Assembly: GCA_013115125.1 (NCBI GenBank)
Contig: JABANN010000051.1
Span: forward strand, 62,001 to 97,867
DNA length: 35,867 nt
Direction: 5' to 3'
Origin: Perkinsus olseni
Lineage: Eukaryota
Under the pieces are notes generated by a model. That model saw only the letters and a list, made by a program, of their open reading frames with translations. It made no database searches and was not told the origin of the DNA. Of this stretch, positions 11,275 through 24,387 are shown piece by piece (the stretch's first letter is position 1; each line of letters begins with the position of its first letter). The translations under genes were made by a program, and so were the position numbers.

Positions 11275-12804
11275 AGAAGTCCGTGAACTGCTCCAGACAC
11301 AAAGTTTCTCCAGAACACTCAGCAGTGCTGAGTGGAAGTCCCCATCACACCTAAGCCGCCGTCCATTATTACATAGATGCCTCCGATTGGAAGTGTTTCC
11401 GCCACTTCTCAATGGCTGGGAGCGAATCTTGCTTCGCGATGAACCATACTCTGGCGCGGAACATACAAAAATCCCTGACAATACCCGTTGCCGCTGCCAT
11501 GCTATCCTCCCTACCCAACACGACAATGATCGTGGGTGTGCTAACTCATACTACAAATACGAACAGCAGCAGCAGCAGGAGTGATGACGGCAGTGGACGA
11601 TGATAGTCGCTATAGCAACCCCCCACAGGGTCCGTGTCGCCGAAACTGAGAGGCCTCCCAAGTAGCCTGACTGTCGACGAGAATACTTCTATTAATTCTA
11701 TCATCGGCTCCGTCCGCTGCTGCTGGCGCTGTCGTTGTTGCTGATTTGCTGATTTCCTGATTACTACTACTACGGTGTAGCTTGAGGCGTTGATATCATC
11801 CTCAAAGAGCTGCAGCGCGCACTGCAGAGAATCTTATTTCAAATGCGAGGACTCCAGCCTCTCGGCAGACCGGTAGTAGCAGTACTATGTATAACGAAGA
11901 TAGTGGCAGATGGGGGAGTAGAGGAACCAATACAGATACTCGACGGCGGCTTAGCCAACCGCTACTAACCTCTACTAATAGCAATAATAAGAGTCAAGCA
12001 AGCCGTTAATGATGAAGTTGCACTGGTCAAGAGTATCCGAAAAGACACGAGGAATTTCCGAGAAGGGCTCAGCAGGGTGCGATGAGAAGAAGAGCACCGC
12101 ACTTTACCGAACTAGCTGACATTCCCAGCGGCAATAAGCGACCAGAGCCGACTCGCCTTGACCTGTAGGGAGAAAGCTCTCATACGAAGTGAGCCGCGTC
12201 CTCATCCAACCCGAATACTACTGAAGTGTGCAGAAATTTCCGCCAACTAACTCTCCTTCCTCAAATGTCTTGCAAACGGATGACCTTCGACCAGCTCTTC
12301 AATTACCTGAGCAGTCGCGCGCAATGAGAATTTGATGGTTCGAACGAGTTATTCGACGATCGATTCTCGCGTGAAGAAGTTGAAATCTCTTCGGTACTAC
12401 CAACCCTTATGACAACAGACACACAGTGTTAGAAATAAACTTAGATAATAGCACCGGTCTGAGCCTCACTCTGCAACTGTCAACCATCAACCGCCCCCAT
12501 TAGAGACGAATGGGAGGGAAGCAATGAGGAGGAGACACTCAACTAACGTTCTAATAACTCGCTTATCACCCAAGTAAAGTCATCAGCGAATTAAGTGCCG
12601 TTCGGACAAACATAATCATCATCATAGTACAGTAAGAGGCGGCATCAGAGGCCGACACGGTCGTCCTCGTGTGTGAATAATTAGTAGCAAGTACGATCGC
12701 TGCTATCTTGCACGACTAGACTATCATAACGAGATGACGGTCATACTCATCATGGACTGGCGTGGCGAGCGTGGATACCAGCCTCTTGATTATTAACAGT
12801 GTCC

Positions 12805-14316
<1,512 letters not shown>

Positions 14317-15255
14317 TTAAGAGCAAACACCCCGTGACAAGAACGAATGATGACCCCGGACGCCAATTAAGTTGATTCAATGCGAATAGCTGTTCGTAGT
14401 CTCCGGAGCCTAGACCTGCTCCGAAGAGGGACAGCAACACAATTACTGCCAGCCAGTACCACTCAAGTACCTCACCAGAGCAGCGATTGCAAAAGCTGTA
14501 TCGCAACGGCGGTTTTCGATGACAACTCTCCGTTGTGGCCCACCTACATTGATCGATAGGACGTTTCCCTGCCGTAATCTAACCTGTTTGGAATCACGCC
14601 AGAGTGAGCCTTGGATGCGCGCGAAACGAACAATTTTTCAGGAACCGGCCGGCAGAGGGCGCGCTCAACAATTTTCTGGAATAGACTGACATTTATCGAG
14701 CGTCTTTTTCGCAAACTTCTCGTCACCTGGCGCCGCTAGCTTTCCTCGAAAACCCCGTTATAAACGGAGTCATTGGCGCAACGCGCGCGCCATCGTGATC
14801 GATTCGGGTGTCGCTGAGCAAGCTTTGCGGCTGTAGTGCGCAGTGAAGCTCGTTCAATATCATGCCTCGTCTCATCATTCACTCACTCATTCACTTCTTG
14901 TTCTCTCATCTCCGTTTCCTAGCTCTAGTACTTCACCGATTCGTTCCAGTGGTATCTTGTGCTTAGGCCGATCAGGGCGTGAAATTGTTCATTATTCGTT
15001 GGACTTAGTATTTTGCAATTGCGCTGTGAATCTTCTGCTTCAACTTTTGATCAACTTCCCATTCGTATCGTTGTTGTTCGGACCTTCCGACCGGCTGTCG
15101 TTTTGTGCCGCATTTTCGGCTGTTATCGCGTGGCTAAGCGTTTTAGCTCTGGCTGTGTTTCCAACTACTTAGTGCGCCTTTCATCTGCGCTGCTTACTCC
15201 TTATCCTACCACTTCAGTTAGGTAATATCTTTTTTGATCTATCCCGAATTTAACC
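14317..15255. promoter_or_regulatory. Divergent intergenic region (probable bidirectional promoter and 5' UTRs) between CK1 and V-ATPase E
   Basis: Head-to-head start codons at 14316 (-) and 15256 (+); CpG/GCGC-rich core at ~14600-14800 flanked by pyrimidine-rich UTR-like sequence. Confidence 0.5.
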
Positions 15256-16080
15256 ATGGACGCAGCTGAGGCCCAGAAGCAGATTCAGCAGATGGTCAAC
15301 TTCATCCTCAATGAGGCCAAGGTAAGCAGCCACGTTTTCTCCTCTATTGTCACGCAATTTTCGGTTGTTATTCTAGGACAAGTCTGAGGAGATCGAGGCT
15401 AAGGCCATGGAGGACTTCAACATCGAGAAGCTGAAGCTTGTCCAGCAGATGAAGGAGAAGGTCAGAAAGTAAGATGAACCTCGGGTGAAGAACTTGCGGC
15501 TGTCGGCTTCCTGTTTTTCGCTGCTTATTGTGATGATGTTCCTAACCATTGTCATCATCCGTTCAGGGAGTACGCTCAGAAGGCCAAGAAGATCGAGACC
15601 CAAAGAGCCATCGCCCGCTCCACCGGTATCAACCGTTCTCGATTGCAGAAGATCGGTGAGCGTGACGCCATGCTTCATAAGGCCGTTGATGAGGCTATTG
15701 CTGAGCTTTCCGCTTACTCGAAGACTCCCGCCTACAAGACCACCGTGACCAACCTCATGGTTCAGGGCTGTTTCTCCCTTCTTGAGCCTGAGGTCACTGT
15801 CCGCTGCCGTCAGGAGGATATGGCTCTTGTCGAGAGTGTCATCCCCGAGGCTCAGAAGATCTACACTACTGAGGTCGCCAAGCAGGCCAAGGGCACTACC
15901 AAGACTGTTGTCCTCAAACTCGACAAGCAGAACCCCCTCAAGGGCAAGGGTGGTGGTGTCGTGCTCAGCTGCAACGACGGCAAGATCCGTGTTGATAACA
16001 CCTTGGACGCCCGTCTTCGTCAGCTTGAGGAGAAGGACAAGCCGAATCTTCGTAAGGTCCTCTTCCCTGTCCAGGCTTAA
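15256..16080 (+). CDS. ATP6V1E: V-type proton ATPase subunit E
   Basis: Exons 15256-15321, 15377-15468 and 15567-16080: QIQQMVNFILNEAKDKSEEIEAKAMEDFNIEKLKLVQ...GGVVLSCNDGKIRVDNTLDARL...LRKVLF, typical of Vma4/subunit E. Confidence 0.97.
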
Positions 16081-17380
16081 GGTGTGTGTATGTGTAGTAG
16101 CAGTCCTGAGTACTATTACTCTCATCAGTGATACTTGGTCGTTTTGTCTATCCACTAAGTGGCGACTATCGTCGCCCTCGTTACCGGCGCTCATTGTAGA
16201 ATAGTTCCGCAATGGCACGTTATCGAGAAGGTTTTCCGTTGTTGTTGGCGATGATGACTGAGTAACAACAGAGAGGCGATAGTCTCAATTTCAACAATAC
16301 AGTTTCGTATTCACGAATATATCACTTCCATGTTGGGTTTGATGTGTTAATTCTGGGGGATTCACAGTGACCTTCTACAGATAGTCAGCTCAGTATTCCT
16401 CATTACCGTTAAGCCTTGCAAATGTTGTTGGTGCGCCAAAGGATGATAATCATGTGTTAGTTTTCGGCCAGCTGAGTTGCTCTTCAATTTCAGCTGTGTT
16501 CCTGTCCGCGAGGTATAGGATCAGATGGCTCTCGCGGACCGCTTCGACAGTAAGGAAAATCGGTGAGTGACTCATCTGTTCTAGCGGATTACACTGACCT
16601 CTTAATATGAAGCTAGGCGGAGTCTGTTCAGGGCGGCGGAGTGACGCATTGGCTTCCGCAGCATATCAGCTGACAGTAACGGGGTATCCGGAGGGCGTCC
16701 TCACGATGGAAAGTAGAGCTGAGCTGCTCAACTCTGCTATTTTTTGGAAGAGCGCGAAAATTGATGTCCTGCTGTTGCCCTGTTATTATAGAATGAAACG
16801 CTGCGAATACGATGATGGAAGTGGAGGGGTAGCTCTCGTACGTCGTTGAGGTCAACCTCCGCAATAGCCGTTATTTTGGAAGCGTTATTCCTATTCATTG
16901 TCTGACTAACCGAATGATCGAAATAGTGAGCGGCGAATCTCACTCTGCTACCGCCGAATACTGCAATGTTGATTCTGCGATATGCTGGGTTGGGTAGGAT
17001 CAGCGCGGCCCGGACTTTAGAACTCGATATATAGAACTCAGGTGTCAGGAGACTTAACTATTACGTTTCACGGGCGCGTCTATCAATAAAGATGGACACG
17101 TGAACGAATGAAATGAGGACTACCGTCACTGTGCAGGCCATTGAGCACCTTTAATGAAGCACCGTATGGAATGCTGATCATTCTACTATAATGCGCCGGA
17201 AATGAGATCAAAAAGTGAATGTGTTAGCGAGTTGATAGTTCAACGCCACTGCCGAACTAGTCAGTTTTCAACCGATGTTCGAAGTTCGGAAATAAGCCTC
17301 GAAACAGATGATCATGTGATAATGCCACTGTGTTTAGCATAGAAAAAATAGGGGTCAGCATTCCTCGGTCAAAATTACAT

Positions 17381-18373
17381 CTAGGTACTACCTAGGTGTA
17401 CTTTTGTACAGCTACTAGCTGGAATTACCGACTTCACAGCCTTGTAAGCATTTACACGCCCGAAAGGCATAGTCACTTTTCCACCAGATCTCTTGACACC
17501 AGGATCGCTGGTGTGCTTGATTGCCTCTTTTACTTGCTTAACAGTAAGAGCAGAGGGGGACACACTCTTCATCATCGCCACAATACCAGCAACCATCGCA
17601 GCGGAATTTGATACCCTGCTGTTCACAACGTAGCCTCCATCATAAGTTGTCATTAAAGCAGTGGCCGGAGCAGCAGCATCGATGAATGAAGCGTAATTAC
17701 TTTTCACGAATAAATTCATCGTGTCCTCCAAGGTGCCGGCAACGCAAATAACACCGTCTATCGTCTTGGTGTACTCGCAAGGGAAAACGTGATTGCCTTG
17801 GCCGATTTCTTGACCTTCGTTGCCAGCGGAGCAAATAAGAGGGATGTTGGCCGTTTCAGCTTGAGTAATTGCTGCCGTTGCTTCATCGTCGAAGGGTTTG
17901 TTCGAACCAGCGGCGAAAAGTATCACATCCGCCTTCGCACCCACCGCATATTTGATAGCCTCGGCGATATAGTGGTCGTTGAAAGGCAAGCCACCATTGT
18001 AGATCGGCATAAGACGGACAGACAGTGCGGTGCCAGCACCGCCAATTCCGTTGTTAATGACCGCGCCAGCAATACCAGCCATCTTAGTGCCATGGCCTTC
18101 TCTGTCGTGAGTGTCGGTGTTCTTGTCCACCACGTTATACCCAACGACGGCATTATCCTTCAAGTCAGGATGGTCGGACTTCATACCACTGTCGATGATA
18201 GCAATGGTAGTGACCTTATGGTTAGGATCTTGTTGGAGCAGTTCCCATGCTCCGGGAATTTGAACCGCTTGAAAGTAGTGTTGCTGGTACTTGATATAGC
18301 CTGGATCATTTGGAAAGCCACCCGCCATCTCACTGACGAGGACCGAGAACAACAGGCGGGACGCGAAAGCCAT
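17381..18373 (-). CDS. Secreted subtilisin-like serine protease (family S8A), intronless
   Basis: 330-aa ORF with a hydrophobic N-terminus, PNDP, IAIIDSG (Asp), GHGTKMAG (His), SAGNEG (oxyanion Asn), SNY...IDAAAP, and a Ser region NSRVSNSAAMVAG. Confidence 0.92.
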   Translation of the reverse strand: MAFASRLLFSVLVSEMAGGFPNDPGYIKYQQHYFQAVQIPGAWELLQQDPNHKVTTIAIIDSGMKSDHPDLKDNAVVGYNVVDKNTDTHDREGHGTKMAGIAGAVINNGIGGAGTALSVRLMPIYNGGLPFNDHYIAEAIKYAVGAKADVILFAAGSNKPFDDEATAAITQAETANIPLICSAGNEGQEIGQGNHVFPCEYTKTIDGVICVAGTLEDTMNLFVKSNYASFIDAAAPATALMTTYDGGYVVNSRVSNSAAMVAGIVAMMKSVSPSALTVKQVKEAIKHTSDPGVKRSGGKVTMPFGRVNAYKAVKSVIPASSCTKVHLGST

Positions 18374-19327
18374 GTATAACCTCGTAGGTGGTTGAAAAAG
18401 ACGACTAACGATTCACAATGCCCTTGGTCGTGAAGGGGCGCCAGTGATTTTTATCATGTATAAAGGATGGGTCGATCGTATCGGCTGTTAGCAGGTCGAT
18501 CAGCACGCCCCGTCACGAGGGATGACATGGTCTACTGTAGACAGTCGACACGTGAAGGAAACCCCGGCATACAAATGAATCACCCCAGCAAGGAAAATGG
18601 AGAACAAGGGCTCACAGTCCAACACAGCAAGGCGGAGACCATGGAAGCTTGAGTAAATAAGCGTTATCGCTCGCGAGCAACCGCGCCTCATATCGCCTCA
18701 GTGGATCGTAGAGCAACGCGTACCAAACTCGTGACGCGAAATTTGGCGTCGTCGTGAGAGAGACAATTCACGCAACTCCCACGGTGGGAATCCCACATCC
18801 ACTATCAGGCACCAGGGCTAGCTTATTGGCAGAGGTCGCCGCGAGGCTGTCATTGACTCTCGCCGGCAGGTTGGCAGTTCGACATTATTTTTGTGGCGTT
18901 CGCTAAACTTTATGCGCTGTTGTTCACTATAATCGTTCGCGTGATTTTTTACGGCGTGAAATCTCACATATCACATAATCGTTCAACCCCCCTTCCTTGC
19001 AATGTGAATTGGGAGAAGATCATTGCTCCGATTCTTTTCCCTCAGCTCTTCACCCGCGTTTTGCCTAACTTCTCTGAAAGGAGGGGGTTCCCGGAATGGT
19101 GATAGCCCTGTGGAAGCCGACGGCGGGACTCTATGAATCATCCGGGATGGGCCTTGTTTGCAAACTTCACCCGCAGCCTGCAGACCCCCTGGGACTTCTC
19201 CAAGCCTTAGAGAGGGCGTTCCTTTGAAAGCAGCGGTTTCCTCTGTGCCAGAAGTTGTGTTGAAGTGGCACCAAATTTCGCTGTCGAGAGTTCTGAGTAG
19301 TTCTCTACTGTCCCCTCCACTAAATCG

Positions 19328-22300
19328 ATGGTACGCCGGAAGAAGGTCGGAAAGGAGCGTTTGGATCGCTTCTACCAGCTCGCCAAGGAGCAGGGCTATC
19401 GAGCACGATCAGCGTTCAAGCTCATACAGCTCGAGAAAAAGTACTTCCTCTCAGGGAGGGCCTCGCCCGAACTATACCGTTGTTGGCGTTAGATACGGCT
19501 TTCTCAAGAACGCCAGGTCATGCGTTGATCTCTGTGGCGCCCCTGGAGGGTGGAGTCAGGTGGGCCACCCTCACCCTAAGATGTTGGCCTGTGATGCTAA
19601 CGAGCGTTTAGGTGGCGGTAAAACACATGCCTGCAAGTTCGAAGGTTATATGTGTGGATTTGATGCCGATAAAGCCGATCAAGGGCGTCGTTACTATGCA
19701 GTGCGATATCACAACGCAGAAGTGCAGGCAGTTCCTATTGAAGGAACTTAATGGTGATAGCGGAGGGTGCTCAGGGGGGTTTCTGGGAGTTCTGTCTTTC
19801 CTGCAGGCATCCCTTGTGATGTCGTGCTCAATGATGGCGCTCCCAACGTGGGTGCGAGTTGGGCTAAGGATGCTTATAACCAGGCTGAACTGTGTTTGTA
19901 TGCCGTCCATTTGGCAGCGGATATGCTGCGGAAGGGAGGTACGTGCTCTCGGCAAGGAGGCGATGATAACACTCGTTGCCACTTAAGGTACCTTCGTTAC
20001 CAAGGTCTTCAGATCGTCCGATTACAACAGTCTTTTGTGGGTCTTCCAGCAGCTTTTCGAGAAGGTCGAGGCGACCAAGCCGACGGCCTCTCGTAACGTC
20101 TCTGCCGAGATCTTCGTACGTGGCGGGAGGACTGGTTGGAGGGTCGCCGTGATTGGATGCGTTCAGGTTACCTGCAAGGGCTATAAGGCACCGGCTAGGG
20201 TCGATCCTCGGTTGTTTGATCCGAAATGGGTGTTTATGATGGAGGGTGATGAACAGGAGAAGGCGGCTGTTGGAGAGCTCGAAGAGGATGATGCCACCGG
20301 CAAGAAAGGTAGCAGCGGAGAGCGTGGGATGGGGTTTTTGATTGCGTTCTGTGCTCAGCTGGCGGTTCTGGTGCAGCCGCGCTCAACGACTATCTCAAGT
20401 CGGCTATGAAACGACGCAGAGGAGGTTACGAGGATGAGTCGGAGATGTAGGGCTACGCTTCTGTCGGATATTTGGGTTGGATTTTCTTTCCTTTTGCTGT
20501 TAGATTCTCGACGGCTACGGTAGCGGAGTTCATAGCCTCTCTTTCTCCTGCGGAGGTCCTTATCAAGAGGAGCAAGCTGGTGTTTGAAACGGAGGACTGC
20601 GAGGCGATACGAAAGTAGGGTCTGAAAGTATGGTGATGTGGTTGAGGGAGTATCTTAGGTCGCCCCATACCACTCCCGAGATATTGGAGTACATAAATGA
20701 CCTGAAAGTGCTGGGAAAGGGAGAGCTGATGGCCCTGCTGAAGTGGCGTATGCGCATAAGAAGGTTAGCGTTGTGGCGTCGGTGTACTGGTTGAGACCTG
20801 ACCATATGCCAGGGACAGAGAGAAGGCATCCAAGGTTGACGAGGGGAGCGAGGGAGAGGAGGAAGAAGATGGAGAAGATCTTCTTGCGGACGCTCGGCCC
20901 GGAAAGTCCGTCGATGATGAGCTGGCTGCCTTGCTGGGCTCTCGTAATAATCTGGTCTCGTTGTTGGTGCTGTCGAATGCCGCTATCGGGCAGGTCGAAG
21001 AGAGGAGAAGGCGGAGTTGAAGAAGCAGAGGGAGAGGACTAAGAAGCAAGAGATGAGGAAGAAGATGTCCCTTGGTAAGACTACGGTGGTGTCGTTAGTG
21101 CCCTTGGAACCATGTGTCCTCAGGCGGTGCCTTCAGCGCCTCCTCTATGATCGAGCCAGATCTTTTCGGCGGTATCACCCAGGATGACTTCGAGGCTGCT
21201 AATGAAGCTGATGAGGTATCAAGGATGGCGGCTAGCTCTCGTCTACAGGCGTACTGATGTCCGTGAAATTGAATGATGTGGTCGTGGTATCTGAGGTTGA
21301 CTGTAATGTTTGGCAGGATGCCTCGGCTATTGAGGGTTCCGAGGAAGATCCTACAGATAGGGACATCCAACCCGGCGAATACGAGTAGGGATCCACCTTG
21401 ACCTTACGAGGGGTATGCTGATTATATGATCAAGGTACATAGTAGGAGACAATAGCTCGAGGTTGGAGAGGATGGAGAAGGAGATGTCGCAGCATTACAA
21501 GAACGAGCAGAGGGACGCTGAGCTGCGTAGCCTGGTCTTGGAGGGAGTTAGTTGTGGGGAGCGTTGGTCTTGTAGGGAAGGAGAAGGCAGCGTTGAAGGC
21601 GAAGAAGGGTAAGAAGGAGACGAGGAGGGAGAGGGCTGCGCAGGAGTGGGCTGCTGAGGCTAGGGAAGTGACCTCGGAGATCGAGGGAAAGGCGGTTGCT
21701 GCTCATGAGGAACAGGTAGGTGGAGGTGCTTCCGATGGGAGGCGTTGACTATGCGGACAGGTTCGACGTGAATTGGCGGGTATGAGTGACGATGAGGAGG
21801 GCGAGACGGAAGACGGGTATGAGTCCGATGATCTTGAGGGAGGGGATGCGGCGTAGGGATGTTCAGAGTTCTCGTCGGGGGTGGTGGACCAGTGTCGATC
21901 AGGTACACTGCCGGTGTGCAGGATGAAGAAGGGGAAGAGGGCTCTGCTGCTGCTGGTGAGGAGGAGGAGAAGTTGGAAACAGCTCTGCCCGCTGCTCCGG
22001 CTAAGAAGGCTGCTAAGAAGAAGGAGCCCGCCGCTGAGGTCGTGTTGCCGCCCGAGATGAGCGGATCGAAGGGACAGGTACTTGAGTCGCTTTCTATTTC
22101 CACTTCTATCGTCTCTTTTATTTGGCCAAGCCTGAAGCGTCTTATTCGTTCAGGTTCGTACGGACCGTTGGTTCTCACAAGATCTCTTCAAAGAGGAAAG
22201 CGATGATGATGATGAGGAGGATATGAAGGACGATGTCGACGGGGTAATATCTTGAGTGTGGTATCCTGGGTTGACTCTGGACTCAGATCCATGAGCTAGA

Positions 22301-24039
22301 GGATGACGATCTTTTGAAACTCCCTCTCACCGACAAGCAGATGAGGAAGGAGAAAAGGAAGCGTGATATGGCGAGGAAGGAGAAGAAGGACGTAAGGAAG
22401 GCGGGCCGACATTATCTTCAGGTTGAATATAGAAAATGCTTTATGCCTTGTCCTTCGGGCCGATCAACCTACTCCTGTGGGTGGCGACGCAGCGTGTACA
22501 CGGGTGGCGGACACGGTCCGCGATTCTCTAGGACTGTTGCTTCGCTAGTCCCTCTACTTGTGGCTTCTGAATGCTCCTAGGGCCTCCACGATAAGGTTGT
22601 GCGGCGGAACGCGAAATCTCGAAGGTCGTTCGTCAGTTCTTGCGGAGAGTGAAGCATGAGAGTTTATCGGGCGATTTATGTGCGTTGGTGCGGTGGCGAT
22701 GAGGGGCGATTCTTCTCAGGCTAAGAGGGCTCGAAAGATGGGTGAAGTGGAAGATGGTGAGGGTGGTGATCACCATCAGAAAGACGGCGATGCAGCCGGC
22801 ACTGATGTTGGAGGATTTGAAGTGGTAAGTACTGTTTCAGTCTGCGATCTCCGATGCGCTCCGACGTAATCGTAGAAGTGGTAGCGTGCATGAGGAGTTA
22901 CGCCTGTGAGGAGGGTATTATTCCTTCCCTGTCAGGTCCCAGCAACCACTGCATCAGCATTCGAGCGACCAGAGGATCCCCAAGAGCTCGCTGAGACTCT
23001 GGCCCTAGGCAGCCTGTTGACGTCAAAGAAGAGCCGCATGGAACTCATCGACAGCGCTTACAATCGATACACGTAGGATAGGGCCAAGGGGCGTGGAAGT
23101 GATGGGATGGAAGTGGTGATCGGTGTGACTAGATATAGTTGAATTATGTAGATTGGCGCTTCTTGATAAGTTGCGAAAGGGATGGTAGAAAAATGAGAAC
23201 GTATCATCGTAAGGAACTCTCTGAGGGATATAGCTCAAAACAGTAGTGGTGCTTTTGCGCAGGTTCTCTGATGATCACAATGCGGCCCTCCCGGACTGGT
23301 TCCTAGAGGAGGAGAAGCCTTTCACTCGGCAGATGGTAAAAGACGGGAGCACTCTGCCGATTGGGCCCCTTGACTTGAGGATGGCTGTTGAATTTGCAGG
23401 TTCCGATATCCAAGGAGTTGATGAACCAGTACCGAGCTAAGATGAGAGAGATCAATGCCCGACCTGTGCGGAAGGTGGCTGAGGCCGCAGCACGTAAGAT
23501 ACTTGTTGCGGTTGGTGTGGTAGTATGAGGTGGTGAACTGTCAGGCAAGAAGAAGCGTTTAACGCAACAGCTGGAGAGACTTCGTAAGACGGCAACGAGT
23601 CTGCAGGAGTCTAGCGACCTCGGGGACTCTGGAAAGGCTCGGGCCATGAGGAAGGCCGTTGGAAAGGTCTTGCGAGGTGGGTGTTTCGACTAGCGGTTGG
23701 AGTTTGTGATGGAGTGGTATCAGGTAACGCTAAGAAGGAGGTGGCTTATGCGGCAGTGCAAGCTAAGGGAGGTAGGCTTGGTGTCAGACCCATAGCGAGG
23801 GGAATTACTTGGTGGTAGGCTCGAAGGTGATCTCGAAGGGAGCCAGCGGAGGAGCTAAGGTTAAGATGGTCGATAAGAGACTGAAGAACGACAAGCGGGC
23901 GCAGAAGAGAGCCGATAAACGTGAGTCGAGACCTATTTTTGATGGGTGAGTGAGGTTGCTTGACTCAGGTCTCAAGAAGGCTGGGGCCAAGCGTCGGGCT
24001 AAGAAGCTCCCACAGAAGAAGAAGGGCAAGGGAATGTAA
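19328..24039 (+). CDS. SPB1: Spb1/FTSJ3 pre-rRNA 2'-O-methyltransferase
   Basis: Many short exons: [77 protein letters not shown] (K-D-K-E tetrad), DLKVLGK, and C-terminal [42 protein letters not shown]; stop TAA at 24037-24039. Confidence 0.97.
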
Positions 24040-24387
24040 AGTAGAAAAGGCTGTCTTCCTGGATCTTGGATGCGGCCCTGTTAACGTCATTCAACGTATA
24101 CGTGCCAAAGCACATACAATTCCTACGTTTCTCCCTATTGGGCATCTCTGTGGTGTTGGGGCGAGGGAGGGAGTGGCGGCGGCGGCAGCGGCACTTGCTT
24201 GGTTTCGAAGATAGAGGCTTGCTGTCGTGTTTGTCCTGAAGGGAGGATGGCGTCGTGAGTGGGGGATGATGGTACATGGTTTTGCAGTAGATTTCATACG
24301 TTGCTTGTCGGCGCGTGCTGTTCTTCTCATACCACTCCTTTGGTGAATTATAGGAGGATAACGGCATCTACAAGCTACTCTAGTGAT

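Noticed and set aside
15373..16218. 281-aa antisense ORF
   Set aside because: Shadow of the codon-biased V-ATPase E gene on the opposite strand.
17789..18379. 196-aa plus-strand ORF
   Set aside because: Antisense shadow of the subtilisin CDS.
19328..24039. Apparent GC or GA splice donors in SPB1 (near 20318, 20938 and 22401)
   Set aside because: In each case a nearby GT donor gives the correct frame, so non-canonical splicing is not required.
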